A stretch of 64,000 nucleotides of DNA, from the NCBI GenBank assembly GCA_951406725.2, contig OX597817.1, positions 92,442,001-92,506,000 on the forward strand. The letters are read 5' to 3'. The stretch is from Octopus vulgaris. Its lineage: Eukaryota. The position numbers and the translations under genes are program-made. How positions within the stretch are numbered: the stretch's first letter is position 1; the number at the start of each line of letters is the position of its first letter. The notes under the pieces are model-generated. The model was not told the origin of the DNA and searched no databases. It saw nothing but the letters and a program-made list of their open reading frames with translations. This document shows, piece after piece, positions 14,511 to 28,689 of the stretch.

Positions 14511-14959
14511 TATGTTTGTGTGTGTATATATATATATATATGAGGTTTAATCATGTAACTTCAATAGGTTTATGGTTGTTTTGCAACCTTCTTGTAGTAT
14601 TTCACTATGCAAGAAATTTTGTGTACATGTTTGCAGTAATATGTATGCTCAGCATTATACAATACATTTGTATATTCTTGAATTAATGTAAATAAAGGAT
14701 GCTAGTCCAGCAGAACATCATGGTTATTTCAGCAGTTGAACTCTAAATGTACATGCAAAATTCCCTCTTTATATACACTGTATGGAACTGGACTAAATAA
14801 TATTTAGTCAGTAAAAGGTAAGATATACTGTGTTGCTATTAGAGAAAGATTTTTTTTTACATATGAACACCCTCACATAATTCAAATGCTAGATAGAAAT
14901 TGAGGAATTAACCATCAAGATAACAAGAAGAAAAAAAAATTAAATAAAATAACAAAGTA

Positions 14960-15185
14960 TGGCTGGCTGTGTGGTAACAAACTTGCTTTCCAGCCACATG
15001 GTTCCGGGTTCAGTCTCATTGTATGGCATCTTAGGCAAGTGTCTTCTACTATAGCCCTGTGTTGCCCAAAGCCTTGTGAGACAAACTGAAAGAAACCTGT
15101 TGTATATATAAAGACCAATAGAATACCAGGCTTTAAAAAAAGTACTGGGGTCAATTTGTTCGACCTTCAAGGCAGTGCTCCAGAG
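14960..15185 (+). mobile_element. tRNA-derived SINE, internally deleted
   Basis: Homologous to 26456-26862. Confidence 0.75.
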
Positions 15186-17299
15186 ATTTATTATTGCAAT
15201 TAAAAGATATATTTTCTAAAAATGTAAACAAATAATATAAAAGTTGAACAAAAAAAAACTGGTGAATTCATGGATGAATACATAAAGACAGGGAGGTCAA
15301 ACTAATACCAAGGAATTGTGTTCAGTAACAATAAACGTCCATACAAGGTCGCAGAAAGCTTTTGAACTTTCAAGAATTTTACTCCAACATTAGCTACATC
15401 TCGATATGCTTTTCTCTGGTAAACAAATTATATATGTAGAAACACATTCAGAAACATTTATACATACAGATAAATATAAATATGCACACTTGGGCCTATG
15501 TGTATACATGTTTATATATATATATATACACACACGTACATACATACACACATATGAATATACAAACATGTGCACAGATTTTTTTTAAATATAAGTAAAC
15601 AATACATACATAGAATGATAAGCACACATGCATATTAATGTATGTACATAGAAACATCTGTATATGTATGCACATATGTATATATACACCCAAATCTCAG
15701 CATATGCATGTCTACACAGATTTATGCATATAGGAGTACATACACAAGTGTATGCAGGCCAGTTACTAAGGATAAGTAGTTAATACATCTAGCAGATGAA
15801 TCTGCCAAAGGGATTATTTAAAATAAAATTTAGATAAATAACATCTAAAATTAAAACAATTGAGCGAATATAAAGAAGTTCAGAGGTGTAGAAAGGCAGA
15901 ACTAGGATAGTCATCAGATAGTAACAATTTTAGTAATACTTATATAGATTTGTTCGGGGCTTGAGAGAGACTGAAAATCTAAATATCTATAAGTTTTTTA
16001 ATAATTTTACTTAATAGTGGAATGACAGAGTATGATTACAAACAGGAAACTGTTATGATCTTCATTATATTGGAAAGTGCTCATTTGCATTAATCAAGGT
16101 TTTGTTAGTGTAGGTCTCCTAAGTTATTTAAGGTTAGGTATACATAGTATATACAAACAATTTATTTTTATGATACTGGTTACTTATAATGTGGTATGCC
16201 TCAGATACACAGAGCCCACACCAACCACCACCACCATATATTTCATACGATGGATCAAGCAATTTTATATTTAATACAAGCAGAAGGACTCAGGTGGTAA
16301 ATATTTCGTAAAGGACCCATTCGTAACTTGGTGTAAAATAACTTTTTTCCACAAGTTTTTTTGAGTACATTCAGTGTATCTAACCTTCAAACCCACTGCA
16401 AGCCACATTTTTCCGGAAAAGAGAGGAGAGGCGTGGTACCTCAGATTTTTTGTTTCACAGGTTTTTGTTTTTCTTTTCCATGTTATTTCGCATACTTTCA
16501 ACAAATATGGCATCGAAATCACGTGTAAACAGCTCCTTTCCCCCAAAAAGGAAAGATTTGGCTGCTATTTCTAGCACGCCCTATACCACGTAACAGCTAT
16601 TCGCAATAAAGGGCCCCACTGATATTTCACTATGAAATAATTTTTGGGTTCCTCGCCCCCTTCTTTTCTAGAAAAAAAAAGTGGCTTGTGGCAGGTTTGG
16701 AGGTCAGATACATTGAATGCACTCGAAAAATCCTGTGTAAAAAAAAATTATTTCACACCATGGTATGAACCATGAAATACCCATTGTTATTTACTGAAAC
16801 ACAAATATTTACTGAAACACAAATACACCGGTACGCCAAACTAAACAATTAAAGTAGCTGTAATAATTTTGGGAGCACCAGAAACCATTACATGGTTATT
16901 TTCTGATACACCAGTACAGTGTTTTTGTTTGGCCCTTCAGCCTTTCTAACTTTTTGTTTATGTGTTAGTGTACACAAGTACACCGGTACAGAAGATTGTA
17001 AACAATGAAAGTAGCTGTAATAATTTTTTTGATACCAGACATCATTACAACGGTAAGCACTAGACAGAATGATAGAGATATGATGTCGTCATTGTATAAA
17101 ATGTCCTTTACTATCTCGTACGTAACGAACGTGCAAACACAGACACATACACACCCATATACAAAACATGACGTCATGGCATAAAATGTCCGTTACTAGT
17201 TGACTATAGAAAGATTATTTTCGAGAAAATGTTATATTGTTTCAATCCAAATGAAAATAAAAATAACATGTTGACAATCGCAGGGTGTAATACTGTTAC

Positions 17300-18400
17300 C
17301 TTGTAAAATTTGATTTGATTTGGTGGAGCCATTTGAGAATGCTTAGGGAACAGAGAGAAGAACAAAGAGATTTATATAGAGAGAAATTATCAGTGAAACA
17401 ATATACAAATTTAGCTGAAGATGTAACTACTAGCTTTATTTTCAGGTGTAGATTTGGGATTTTCCCAACAAGTTTGAATGAGGAGCAGGACACACCAATA
17501 TAAACAAGTCCTTTACAAAGTGCAGTGATAAATCACTTATGCAGTATATTTTTCTTAAAGAATTGATTATTAACTGGACACTAATATATTTCAAAAGTTA
17601 CATATTGGTAGGTATAATAGGTTCAGATTGACTATCAATGTAGTTCTATTATTAGAATTGGGTGCATTGACCATTTACATTATTTATAGTATTGCAGTTA
17701 TTTGGGTGGCTAAGAGCAGTGCTATTATGAGGATTGTCATTAGTTGTATTGTTTAATTTTCTATGGTTAAATTTTGTTATGTATTCAGCAATATTTGGTA
17801 TTGTGTAGTAAATGAGTTCAGCGTAGTATGTCTACTGAAAATTTCTTGATCAAGTTGGATGCATGGAAGTATTTCTCTGAAGCTCAAAAAGATTTACCAG
17901 CCATATTTGAAGCAACATTTATAACAAAGAACAGGGTTGAACCACATTTGTAATCTTTTTATTTTTAAACTTATTTTGATGAGGTGTAGTAGGATCTAAA
18001 GCAATTTGGTTATTTATACACTGCTTTACTATGATAATGACTATCGTTCTTATTCGTATTATCCAGTTTAACTACATTTACTGGGTTATATTATTAATAT
18101 TTTTATTATTAAGACGGCGAGCTGCCAGAATCATTAGCGCGCTGTTTCTTCTGTCTGAGTTCAAATTCCATTGAGGTCAACTTTGCCTTTCATCCTCTCG
18201 GAGTCAATCATTTGAGTACTGGGGTCAATATAATCAACTATCCCCTTCCCTGCAAATTTCAGGCCTTGTGCCTATAGTAGAAATTATTACTATTATCATC
18301 ATCATCATCATCATTATTATTATTATAAGTAATTTTCTCATTGGTATCCACTTTATTTCTTGATTCAATTATTTTTATTTTGTTTATGCCTATGGTGCAA
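17300..18400 (-). mobile_element. Highly decayed Naiad-like Penelope element with a SINE inserted at ~18113-18290
   Basis: Minus-strand remnants MWFNP..NVASN and LVYIGVS, with Asn-rich flanks as in the other Penelope copies. Confidence 0.5.
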
Positions 18401-18902
18401 ACTTATATAATTGACATTAGAGGGCTTATTTCTGTCTACAGTTATTTTAGAGCATATCATGGGGATAACCATTATTAACATTATTAAAGTCAGACAGTAT
18501 ATTATTGTAATTATCATTATTTTTGTGCCTAATTGTATTTATTTGTTGAAATTTAGCTTCTATAGTGTCAACAATATTATCATTGCTATCTTTAATTCAT
18601 CCAACAACTGGAATATGTGCATTTGTATTTCTAACTTTGTGGACATTCTCAACAGGTCATCTGCTTCAGCTTTGCAATCTACTTTAAGTGAAGGTAAGTC
18701 ATGTAAGATCTGTTTGAAACTCCTTACTAAGCTGTCTTTGCACTTCGACTGTGTCTTCGGGATTCTAATAACACTTTAAGATGAATTAACTTTCATTCAA
18801 AGACTAGTTTAGTTCCCTCCATTATTTCTAATGGGTTAAATCTAAAAATGAAAATTGACAGTGTGTATGCATTTTTCTGGAACATCCTTTGTGTGTGTGT
18901 GT

Positions 18903-18934
<32 letters not shown>

Positions 18935-18939
<5 letters not shown>

Positions 18940-19340
18940 GTTGAGAAGTTTGTTTCCCAGCCAAATGGTTTTGTAATCATTTCCACTATATTCATTGCCA
19001 CTATTCATTCCCACTTCAGCAGATATTTTCTAGTATAGACTTCGGCTGACCAAAGCCCTGTGAAAGTGGATTTGGTTGGCAGAAACTGAAAGAAGCTCGT
19101 CGAGTGTGTGTAGTATGTAAGTCTTTGTGTTTGCTTTTCTTGATGCCAAGTGATTATTGTGTATGAAAGTCATTTATTTCCAATATTCTAGGGAAATATA
19201 TCTGGTCATGTGGAAGTGTTATCCTCCTTGGGAATGGGTAAAGGTTGGTGACAGGAAGGGTATCTGGCTATAGAAAATCTGCATCAACAAATGTCCGACC
19301 CGTCTGAAATGAAAATGTGGACATTAAAAAACAGATAATG
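18935..19340 (+). mobile_element. SINE with tRNA-like head and RTE-derived 3' tail
   Basis: Head like 13262; tail gttggtgacaggaagggtatctggctatagaaa..ggacattaaa matches the RTE 3' end at ~3983-4115. Confidence 0.65.
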
Positions 19341-20004
19341 ATATGTATATGTGCATCTGTGTACGTGCATATATATAACTATGTATGCATGTATATCTAT
19401 CTATCTATATATATATTTGTGCGTGTATATGTACGTGTTACTGTGTGCATATGTATGTAGCTAGCTCCTACAAAGGGTTCTTTATTGGGCCTTGGGCCCA
19501 ACAATGATTCTTCATGCATTGAGTCCCAAAATATTTGTGTATTCTGAGCATTGGAAGCTCTCGTGGCTGCCATTTGATCTGGGTTTTCATTTGTATGGGA
19601 CTTTCTTTTCCTCACAGCAGCCTTGGTTCTTTAGATTGCAATCTGGTCCTCTGTTGGCAGAGATTTATTTTTACAAGGCATACTACTGCCATATGCAATA
19701 GCCAACAATAAACTACAGAAAAACTGAAAATTGATTGCTGCATTTAAGTATTACATTAATATTTAAGCCTACCTTTTAAAAGTTCAACAATAATTTTTTT
19801 GCCGCCACTTAATTTAAAGACAATTTGATGTATGTAGGTCCTTGCCTTTCGTACAAATAATTATTTCTATTTCATGGGTGACTTTCGCTAGATTGCGCAA
19901 TTTATTTCGATTATTCCCAAATTTATTTCCAAGTTATAAGGACTGTTCTATTAACCTATGTGGTTACATACGTACATACCTGTATCATACATTCATCACA
20001 GCCG

Positions 20005-20087
20005 ATCTTACCAATCGGTTTCATACTAGAGGTATGGCAGAGTGTTAAGTAACAATCCGATTATATAACTTTACGCTCATCAAAGAT
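20005..20087 (-). ncRNA. Hammerhead-like motif in a ~118 bp direct repeat (19980-20097 vs 21826-21943)
   Basis: atct-TTGATGA...GAAA-ccgattgg-TA-agat on the minus strand; C3 mutated. Confidence 0.6.
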
Positions 20088-20299
20088 AACCAATATGTGT
20101 GTCACACTTTGTTGAAAGGAAGAGGTAAAAAGAGAGAAATAAAATTTGTTAAGCAGAAGTATAGTTGAAGTAAGAGGCAAATCATCAAAGAATAGGGAGT
20201 AAGAGGGTGTGAGAGAAAGAGGATATTGATAGTGCTGAGAGGTAGGGGGAAGAGAGAAAGAGAGATGGATTGAGTGAATAGAGAATGAAGCTATTCTCA

Positions 20300-20746
20300 G
20301 AGAGAAAACGCTGGAAAACCTTTTGTTTTGGATGATATATGACTCTGCACTATGCCACATAAGCAGGAGAGCCCAGTCATGACCATGAGACAATTTTTGT
20401 GACCACATGATCCCTAACATCTGGCCACCAAACTCCTCACACTGCAACCCCCTTGATTATTATGTGTGGGAAGCATTTGAGCGAGAAATCAACAAAACTC
20501 CTTATAACACCAAAGATGAACTGAAAGCAAGGATTATGGCAGCATTCACCAACTTAAACAAGGAGACTGCCCGGAAGAGTTACATGAGATTCTGAAGTCA
20601 CCAATGGTGATTTTATTGAGTAAATTAACTCTTTAGTATTTCAGGATACTTTTATGCAATTTTGGTAAATATATCTTTTAAAATGAGATGTCAGTGTTAT
20701 TTCAATTTCTGCGTAATTTAGACGACAGTTTATTCACCGCACTCTG
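20300..20746 (+). mobile_element. 3' fragment of a Tc1/mariner DD37D (maT-like) transposon
   Basis: WPPNSSHCNPLDYYVW..ELKARI; terminates in ttattcaccgcactctg|TA. Confidence 0.75.
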
Positions 20747-21089
20747 TACGTATGTGTACATTCATGTATATGTATATATCATTTAATATACACATATACA
20801 AAAGAGCTACTAATAGCTTCAAATAAAAAACAAAAAGATGTATGTACCTCTTCGCACATTCCCTGAAACAACTGTAAGATGCTTTTCAATTTATTTCATT
20901 CATTTGAAAACTTCTTTTTAATCACTGCCATCTTATCGGCTCGTGACTGTTAATTTAATTGTATATATTCAAATATACATATATTTCTCGGAATATGAAT
21001 CGGTTTGTATATGTATATATATGCATGTTTACATATATGTATATATATATATATGTATATGTATACACACACACACATATATATATATT

Positions 21090-21305
21090 CTTTTTTGCTT
21101 GTTTCAGTCATTTGACTGTGGCCATGCTGGAGCACCACCTTAAAGGGTTTTAGTCTAAGAAACCGACCCGACCCCAGGATTTATTCTTTGTGAGCCTGGT
21201 ACTTATTCTATTGACCTTTTTTGCCGAACCACTAAGTTACAGTGACATAAACACATCAGTATCATTTGTCAAGAGATGGCATGGGAGGGGGACAAACACA
21301 CACAT

Positions 21306-21340
<35 letters not shown>

Positions 21341-21520
21341 TATGCATGTATATATATAAAACAGAATTCTTTCAGTTTCCATCTACCAAATCCACTCACA
21401 AGGCTTTGTTCAGCCCATGGCTATAGTAGAAGACACTTGCCCAAGGTGCCTCGCAGTGGGACTGAATCTGGAACCATGTCTTTGGAAAGCAAGCTTCTTA
21501 CCACACAGCCACGACTGTGG
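21090..21520 (-). mobile_element. tRNA-derived SINE
   Basis: Full-length homologue of 26456-26862 with an internal (CA)n tract. Confidence 0.85.
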
Positions 21521-21806
21521 TGCCCCACCATTACCACAGCTTTAAAGTTGAAACACTATAAAGATTTAAAGATGTATGTGTATATATATATATATATATA
21601 TATTGCATATGTGTATATAAATAAAAACATATATATATATAAATGTATACGTGTGGATACATGTGTATCTATATATGTATGTATATGTACATATATATAA
21701 GTACGTATATCTGTATATGTAATAAACACACACCACACGTGCAATAGTCGTCTAAAAGTCCATAAGTCAGGAAAAAGATGCACTCATATATCTGTCAATA
21801 GAGTGG

Positions 21807-22114
21807 ATATATTATCTAAAGTGTACTGTATCATACATTCATCACAGCTGATCTTACCAATCGGTTTCACACTATGGGTACGGCAGAGTGTTAAGTAACA
21901 ATCCGATTATATAACTTTACGCTCATCAAAGATAACCAATATGCAATGAAATATGGTGACTGCTCTCTATTCTATAGAGAGCAGTCATCTCTGATGAGCG
22001 TAGAGTTATAGTATCGGATTGTTACCTCACACTCCAATTTACTCCCAGTGTGAAACCGACTGGTAAGATAAGCCATGATAGATATATAATACTGTACACT
22101 TCAGATAATATATA
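21807..22114. repeat. Fold-back element with ~130 bp inverted arms, each carrying a hammerhead motif
   Basis: Left arm ~21807-21936 is a diverged reverse complement of right arm ~21984-22114. A perfect inner 14 bp hairpin lies at 21957-21987. Confidence 0.85.
21987..22069 (+). ncRNA. Type I hammerhead ribozyme, intact core
   Basis: atct-CTGATGA-[54 nt domain II]-GAAA-cc-gact-gg-TA-agat; predicted cleavage after A22065; the base of stem II relies on G-U pairs. Confidence 0.7.
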
Positions 22115-22129
22115 TATATATGTTTTTAT

Positions 22130-24330
22130 TATTATTATTATTATTTAAAGGTCACAATACATGTATTAAAGCGTTACTAATAGTTTCATATGTTGAGAGA
22201 CCTCAAACATATTCTTCAGGCACAAACCACTTATCATAATGAACTAAAAAATTGAATAAATAGAAGAAATGCAATGAAAGTGGGAAGGCAGCATACAGAA
22301 AACATAGACAGTAAACAATGGAAAACAAAACTAAAGTGTCAAAAGGCAAAAAAGTGTTATCCTCCTTGGGCCTTAAATGAAAAGGCTGGAAAGATATCGA
22401 GTCAGTCAGGAATAGGCAGAATTTTCCCAATTCTTAAGAATATATTTATACATATGCATGCAACCACTGAAAATTTCTGACCTGGAGTTCAATAGAGAGT
22501 TAGGGATCTTAGATCTGAACAGGATCTGCGCTCTTTCAGCCAGACAAATTCTACATTTATTTGATCCATTCACATAAAGTATGAATTTCTCTATTACTTT
22601 CCATTTAATCACATGTGGTGTTTCATTATCTTTCAAAGTCCATATGTAGCTAGCCAACTTAGTTTACTTTTGTCCCTATGTCGGAAGGAAGCTATGTGAT
22701 TGGCATATCGATTTTAAAATTCTCCCTCACATAATCCAATATAGGTCTTCTTATCAGTTGTATTATTATTTAGGGTTGCAGTAACTTCTGCCTCATATAT
22801 GATAGATTTAATCTTACATCGTTGGTCAAGTGGACAATATCCTGGGTTGCGACAGTTGCAGCTGGATTCAGGTTCTTGGTGTTGACCACTCTTCATATTT
22901 GGGCAGCAGCAATATGATACTTTTACAGAATGCCTATTGAATATTTTCCTGTATCTGTGAGTAGCTGGAAAGTCTTTGTCTAGGAGTGACAGGAATCTTT
23001 TACCAATGTTAGGTTTTATATTAAAGGAAAAGGGAGGGGGCAAACCAAATAATTTTCCTTGGCCTATTTTTTGGTTTCTTATTATCTTGATTAATACTAG
23101 AGTGGTTAAGTACTACTTTATCTTTGATGCCGCTAGATGTATTATTAATATTTTGATTAATAGAGGGATTATATATTAATTTATCTTTGTAACTACTATT
23201 TGCTAGGGCCTTGTTATAACAGGGGGCAGCTTTGTCAAAAATGTCTTTGTAAGAAGAGAGGTTAGACACTCTTACTAATATTAGCTACCAGGTTTTTAAA
23301 TACTACAGGAGGGTGACAAGACTGTTTATGTACATATGTGAGTTTCTCATTAGGCTTATGGAAAGGTTTATATGAGGAAGAGTTTAAATCTAGGGAAACA
23401 TCTAAATAATCAACAGATTAGTAGCTACTGTGATTTTAAGACCTAATTGATTAAAGGTTGAAATTAGTTCCTTTCTAAATCTATCAAGAGTGTGTTCATT
23501 ACACCCATGGGAAATACCTAAACCGTCAACACGGTATAGGCCAATGTCATGAGCTGGGTATCTATATTCTATTTATATTTTATTTATATATAATATAAAT
23601 AAACCCACAAGATCACAGACATCAGCACTATCTTATGACCCCATAGATATATAAAATAGTTCATCACTATGCGACTTTTTTACCCATGCTAATCCTTTGG
23701 TGAACAAAAATGTTTTTTGCGCATGCCTGATAAAGTCTAGATCTATAGGATCAATTTCAACATATGAATTAGCAAATTCAATAGCTTTGTCAAGCAGCGA
23801 TCTAGTTATAGAGGGATAAATGTCTATTATATCAAACTGGGTAAATTTAGCTTTATTCTTATTCTTGATATTCTTAAACCAATTTATTACAGTAAAACTG
23901 CTATTCCACTGCTGAAGCCCAGTAATTCCCCTAATTCTAATATTAATATTTCTAAGTATTTTCTCAACTACAAGCCCAATTTCAGATCTTGCTAGGTTTA
24001 ACAATATACAGGAAGGATTATTATGAAAATTAGGCTTGTGGTCTTTTATAGTAATAAACACCTCTCTCTTAGCTAAGCATTCTAATATATCATCGATATT
24101 GCTATGTTTAATGAGGAATTTAGCTTCATCATTGATATTATAGCATCTCTCTACGGTAGCTTTCTTATATTTAGAGGAAATAGTGTCTTTTAGCAACTTA
24201 TCGTACGAATCATTAGTAACTTCATATAGGTTATTAGTCTTATCATAAAAAAAAAAGAACTTCTTTTTAGAATTTCTAAAGTATTTAATCTCAGATTTCA
24301 TTTTAGACTGAAAGGGGATATGAGGTATAC
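22130..24330 (-). mobile_element. Naiad-like Penelope retroelement (RT + GIY-YIG), frameshifted
   Basis: ORF pieces ITIKDHKPNF, QFDIIDIYPSI, MGS, PPFSFNIKPNIGKRF, CNCRNPGYCPL, IIYEAEV..YIGLCE, CRICLAE and CMH. Confidence 0.92.
22171..22223 (-). ncRNA. Type I hammerhead ribozyme at the 3' end of a Penelope element, intact core
   Basis: gtgc-CTGAAGA-atatgtt(tgaggtctctc)aacatat-GAAA-ctattag-TA-acgc; one mismatch at the base of stem I. Confidence 0.78.
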
Positions 24331-25218
24331 AGATAATGGATTTTATACATTTATTTAAGACCTACATATGTTTCTGATAAATACTGGAGGGGTCTAGATG
24401 CATACTTCAATCATATTAATTAATCAATCCATAAATAAAATAGAGAACATTCCTACACCTTCATCTTCTTCAGAACCACAATAAACTGACTGCCAAAAGA
24501 AAGGAATCTGGCCAAAATGGTATCATTCGAAAACTAGGCCATCTATTTAAAGCAACTGACATTGGCGTATGCCTTATCAACAGAAATAGGAATATGTTAA
24601 AGGGTGGGTTCACTCAGATTAAGCTTAGTGGGAATAAATCTACTGATAAATCTAGACTACATTCAAAATGCAATAGGCATAATATGAATAATAAACAATC
24701 GAAATGCAATTGGTATAAATACAAATAACTGATAGAACCATTTATCATAAAGATATTAAACATGAATAGAAAACTAATGAGACAGGCGATAGAAAGTGCT
24801 GTACTCATTGCAATGAGATGGATTATAATGCCCATGGACTAGACCTTGGCAAGAATACGAATAGGTGTCGGAAACAAAATAGAAATTCTCGGAAATAACG
24901 AGATGTATTAAGAGAAGTTATATGGTGTAATGCACCATATGGGATCCAGATCACCATCAATATTCTTTGCAAATTCTTTCTGGCTACAAAGAAACATTTT
25001 CCACCATGAAGCCAATACTGCAAATTGCTTAATAAACATTTGGTGAAGTTCTCATACTCAACAAGGAACTTGACACAAACAACACTCACAAATTAAAGGA
25101 GTTCATGCTAAACGATTAAGCCTATCTGAGTAATAGCAGCAGCAGTAGTAATAACAATATTGACTATAATAGTATTAACATCAATATAAATAGTTGTACT
25201 AATAAAAACAATAATTAT
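24330..25218 (+). mobile_element. Decayed Penelope-like fragment (linker region)
   Basis: REVIWCNAPYGIQI..KKHFPP*SQYCKLLNKHLVKFSYST, homologous to the linker of the neighbouring copies. Confidence 0.55.
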
Positions 25219-26140
25219 ATGATGATCGGCTGAAAAGTTCATATGCTGACCAATGTAATCAAATGAGGTTTATTTTTCAACATAGTCCCACTTACAATCC
25301 ACATGATTCTTCAATAGTATTGCAGTGCTTGGATCCCATTGGTAAAAAAGCTTTTATCCAGTTGGTAAAAAGTCATCAACAGCATATGTCTCAGCAAGTT
25401 GGCATAGTACTTTCCATTGATGGTTTGACTCTTTTGAAGACAGTCAATAATCACAATGCCTTTCGCATCCCAAAAATCTGAAGCCATCACCTTTCTTGCA
25501 GTTGAAATGTCATTGGCCATCTTTGGAGCAAAGTGAAAAACCCAACACTTATCTTGGGTTAGGAAACGTTCAAAGAAACCTAGTGGATCTGTCTCAATGT
25601 CAGATTTTCCTGTGACATAATCAGTTAGGTGCGACTTTGATTAGGGGTAAGATGTGGCACTCACGGGCAGAAATCTTCGTCATGCTAAGTTCATTGTGTA
25701 GAATATTCTCAATTCTCTCACGAGATATATTAATAGCATTGGCTATTTGATTTGTAGTCCATAGCATGACATCTATCAGCATGTGATGAACACAATCAAA
25801 ATTTTCCTCGGTGGTGGCAGTTGCAGGATGTCCAGGTGTTGGGTCATCTTTAACACACTTCCTTCCCCTGCTAAATTCAGCTGCCCATTTATTGCATTGT
25901 TGTGTCACTCCCTAATGTAGCAATCATATCAGCATGAATGTTGTTGGGAGCTAAACCCTTTTTTCTGCAGGTACTTGATAAGACCACAATGTCAAATTTT
26001 GTCGATTTTCAAGAGAAGTCACTACTAGTCATTGTTGAAGTCTTCTTTGAATGGTCAGATATCAGTTTGGAAAGAACCAATGCGGATATTAATAGGAAGA
26101 ATTGGAATTGACACATGCAAGATTTCACAGTCATTTCTCA
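25219..26140 (-). mobile_element. Degenerate mariner transposon
   Basis: KWAAEFSRGR..DDP.PGHP, KVMAS.FWDAKG..I.GKYYANLL; TIR-like end tgatgatcggctgaaaagttc. Confidence 0.85.
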
Positions 26141-26455
26141 TAGTCATCCCAGGTGTTATGATAAAAGATGCGTATCATTTCCGAGAAGAGACTGGATTGA
26201 AACTGACGTCCTCTGTCTGTTGTACTGGTAAAAGGTGTCCCAAAACATGCAATCCAATGTTGAAATAGAGCTTTAGCTATTGTTTCTTCTGTGATATCTC
26301 GAAATGAATTGCTTCAGGCTATCAAGAAAAGCTATCCACACAGCTCAAGAAATGCGTGCAATATTGAGACAGTAACAGTGGACCGATGATGCCAATATGC
26401 ACATGTTGAAACCGTGCGTCGGGTGTTGAGAATGTTTAAAGAGGTGATTTGATAT

Positions 26456-26862
26456 ACTCTTTTACTTGTTTCAGTCATTTGACTGTGGCCATGCTGGAGC
26501 ACCGCCTTTAGTCGAGCAAATCGACCCCGGGACTTATTCTTTGTAAGCCCAGTACTTATTCTATCGGTCTCTTTTTGCCGAACCGCTAAGTGACGGGGAC
26601 GTAAACACACCAGCATTGTTGTCAAGCAATGCTAGGGGGACAAACACAGACACACAAACATATACACACACACTTATATATATATATATACATATATACG
26701 ACAGGCTTCTTTCAGTTTCCGTCTACCAAATCCACTCACAAGGTATTGGTCGGCCCGGGGCTATAGCAGAAGACACTTGCCCAAGATGCCACGCAGTGGG
26801 ACTGAACCCGGAACCATGTGGTTGGTTAGCAAGCTACTTACCACACAGCCACTCCTGCGCCT
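26456..26862 (-). mobile_element. Young full-length tRNA-derived SINE
   Basis: Minus-strand A box tggctgtgtgg and B box ggttcagtccc; CpGs retained; internal microsatellite. Confidence 0.9.
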
Positions 26863-27189
26863 ATGGTGATATGGTGATGAACTTTTGCATTCTGACCTAT
26901 TCCGTGATATCTGGGCCTATTCCCTGATGTCTTTGTCTATACCAGCCACACAAATTGGGCAGCGATCAACTTCAGGAGGAAATTTGCTCCAGGATGTGAT
27001 AGAGTAAGCAAAGCAGAAAAAAATCAAATGTCTGAGCTTCTTTGGAACATAAGGGCGTCGTGACCCAAAGAACTATAGTACTAAATATAACCAGGAGAAG
27101 AGGGTAGAAGAAGTTTGAAAGAAAGAGAAGAGAGAAAATGTCGAAGTTTAAGTTCTTTAATGTTTTCCTAGTTGGAGATTGGAGATTGA

Positions 27190-28625
27190 TAGAGGCAGTA
27201 GTATGTAGTGCATCGATGTGAAAGCGAGAAAGTGCGTCAGCAGCAGAACTATCCGAGCTTTTAACATACCAAATATCTGTGGTGTATTGGGAAATTAAAT
27301 CAACGAGCTGAATTTCCCTGCGTGAGTGATGGTCAGGCTTGGAACGCAGAGAGCGTAATTTAGAGGTTTGTGATCAGCATATATAGAAAACAGAGAACCC
27401 TCCAGCATGTGCTTGAAGTGTTTCACACTAAGATGCGCTGCTGTCAATTTTTGGCCAAAAGCACTATATTTCATCTCGACCGGTTTGAGTCGCTTGGAGA
27501 AAGAATAGAAAGTGGTTGTCAGGTTCTGTTAACGTTCCATTGAAGAACGCCACCAACACCAGCATCTGATGCATCAAGTAACAGCGTGTTGCATCAGGCT
27601 TTGGATGAACCAACAAGGTGTGTTAGCTAAGACCTTCTTGATTTCATTAAAGACTGCAAACTCTATAATTTAGAGTGATAAGCTGGGATTTTTTTAATTT
27701 TATTTATTTTTTTTTGGTGCGATGGTGGAGAACATCTGTGAGGGGTTGCATAAGTTCCGCAGAATGAGGAATAAACTGACGATAAAAACTGATCAGACCG
27801 ATAAACTCTCATAGTTTAACTCGACAAAATGAATTCTATTTTCGTCAAGACAGTGGCCCAGAAAATCTAAAGTAGAAGCTCCATAAAACCATTATTATTT
27901 TCACTGTAGTACGAAAGACGATCGAAAAGTAACTGCAGATGTTTTTGTACTCGTCTTCAGTTGTGTTGACAACAAGCAAGTCATCAGTATACGCATAGAC
28001 ATAGGGTAAATCTCGGACTACAGTTTTGAGGAAAAGTTGGTAAGTTGAAGAAGCGTTGTGAAGACCAAATGGCATTTTGAAGAATTCGAAAATGCCGATG
28101 GGAGAAATAATAGTTGTTTTCAGAATATCCTCCAGCTCGATTGTATGCCCGAACAAGATCAATTTTGAAAAACACTCTGGTACCATGTAGAGTGGGAGAA
28201 AAGTCCTGTAAATGAGGTACAGAGTATTTATCGGGCTTCATTCAATAGGTGATAGTCTCCACAGAGTCCTTAGTCACCAGAAGATATTTTGGGGATCATA
28301 TCAAAAGGTGAGGTCCTATTGCTGCTGGATGGACGAACTATGTTCAGCTCCAGTATGTACTCAAACTCAGCCATCGCAATCTTAGCGTATTCAGAAGCCA
28401 GTCAACACGGCTTGGGGATAACAAAAAAAATCTGGTGATCTATCTGTAACAATATGATGAGTCACAGAGTGAGTGACTGAATGATTCTTAAACACAGGGC
28501 GAATGATATCAGGACACGTACACAAAAGAGTGTCGTATATGTTTGAACAAGAGAGGTTTAAAAAACATGGCTGATGGGAGGTACTAATGCCTTGTAGATT
28601 GAGACCAGTGATGGAATCCACTCAC
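27190..28625 (-). mobile_element. Gypsy/Ty3 pol relic (RT-RNase H)
   Basis: YSVPHLQDF..FFKIDLVRAY, MPFGLHNASSTYQ, YAYTDDLLV, DASDAGVGGVLQ, DHKPL and ADALSR. Confidence 0.88.
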
Positions 28626-28689
28626 ACATTTTCAGAACAATTTCAGAAATTTATTTCATAAATTCTAACACACACACACACATGTATAA

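Noticed and set aside
16280-17210. Possible DNA transposon or Helitron remnants
   Set aside because: No pair of termini or coding motif could be established.
18656-18692. Possible micro-exon (caacag..AAG|GTAAGT)
   Set aside because: Single isolated candidate among TE debris, with no partner exon or recognisable peptide.
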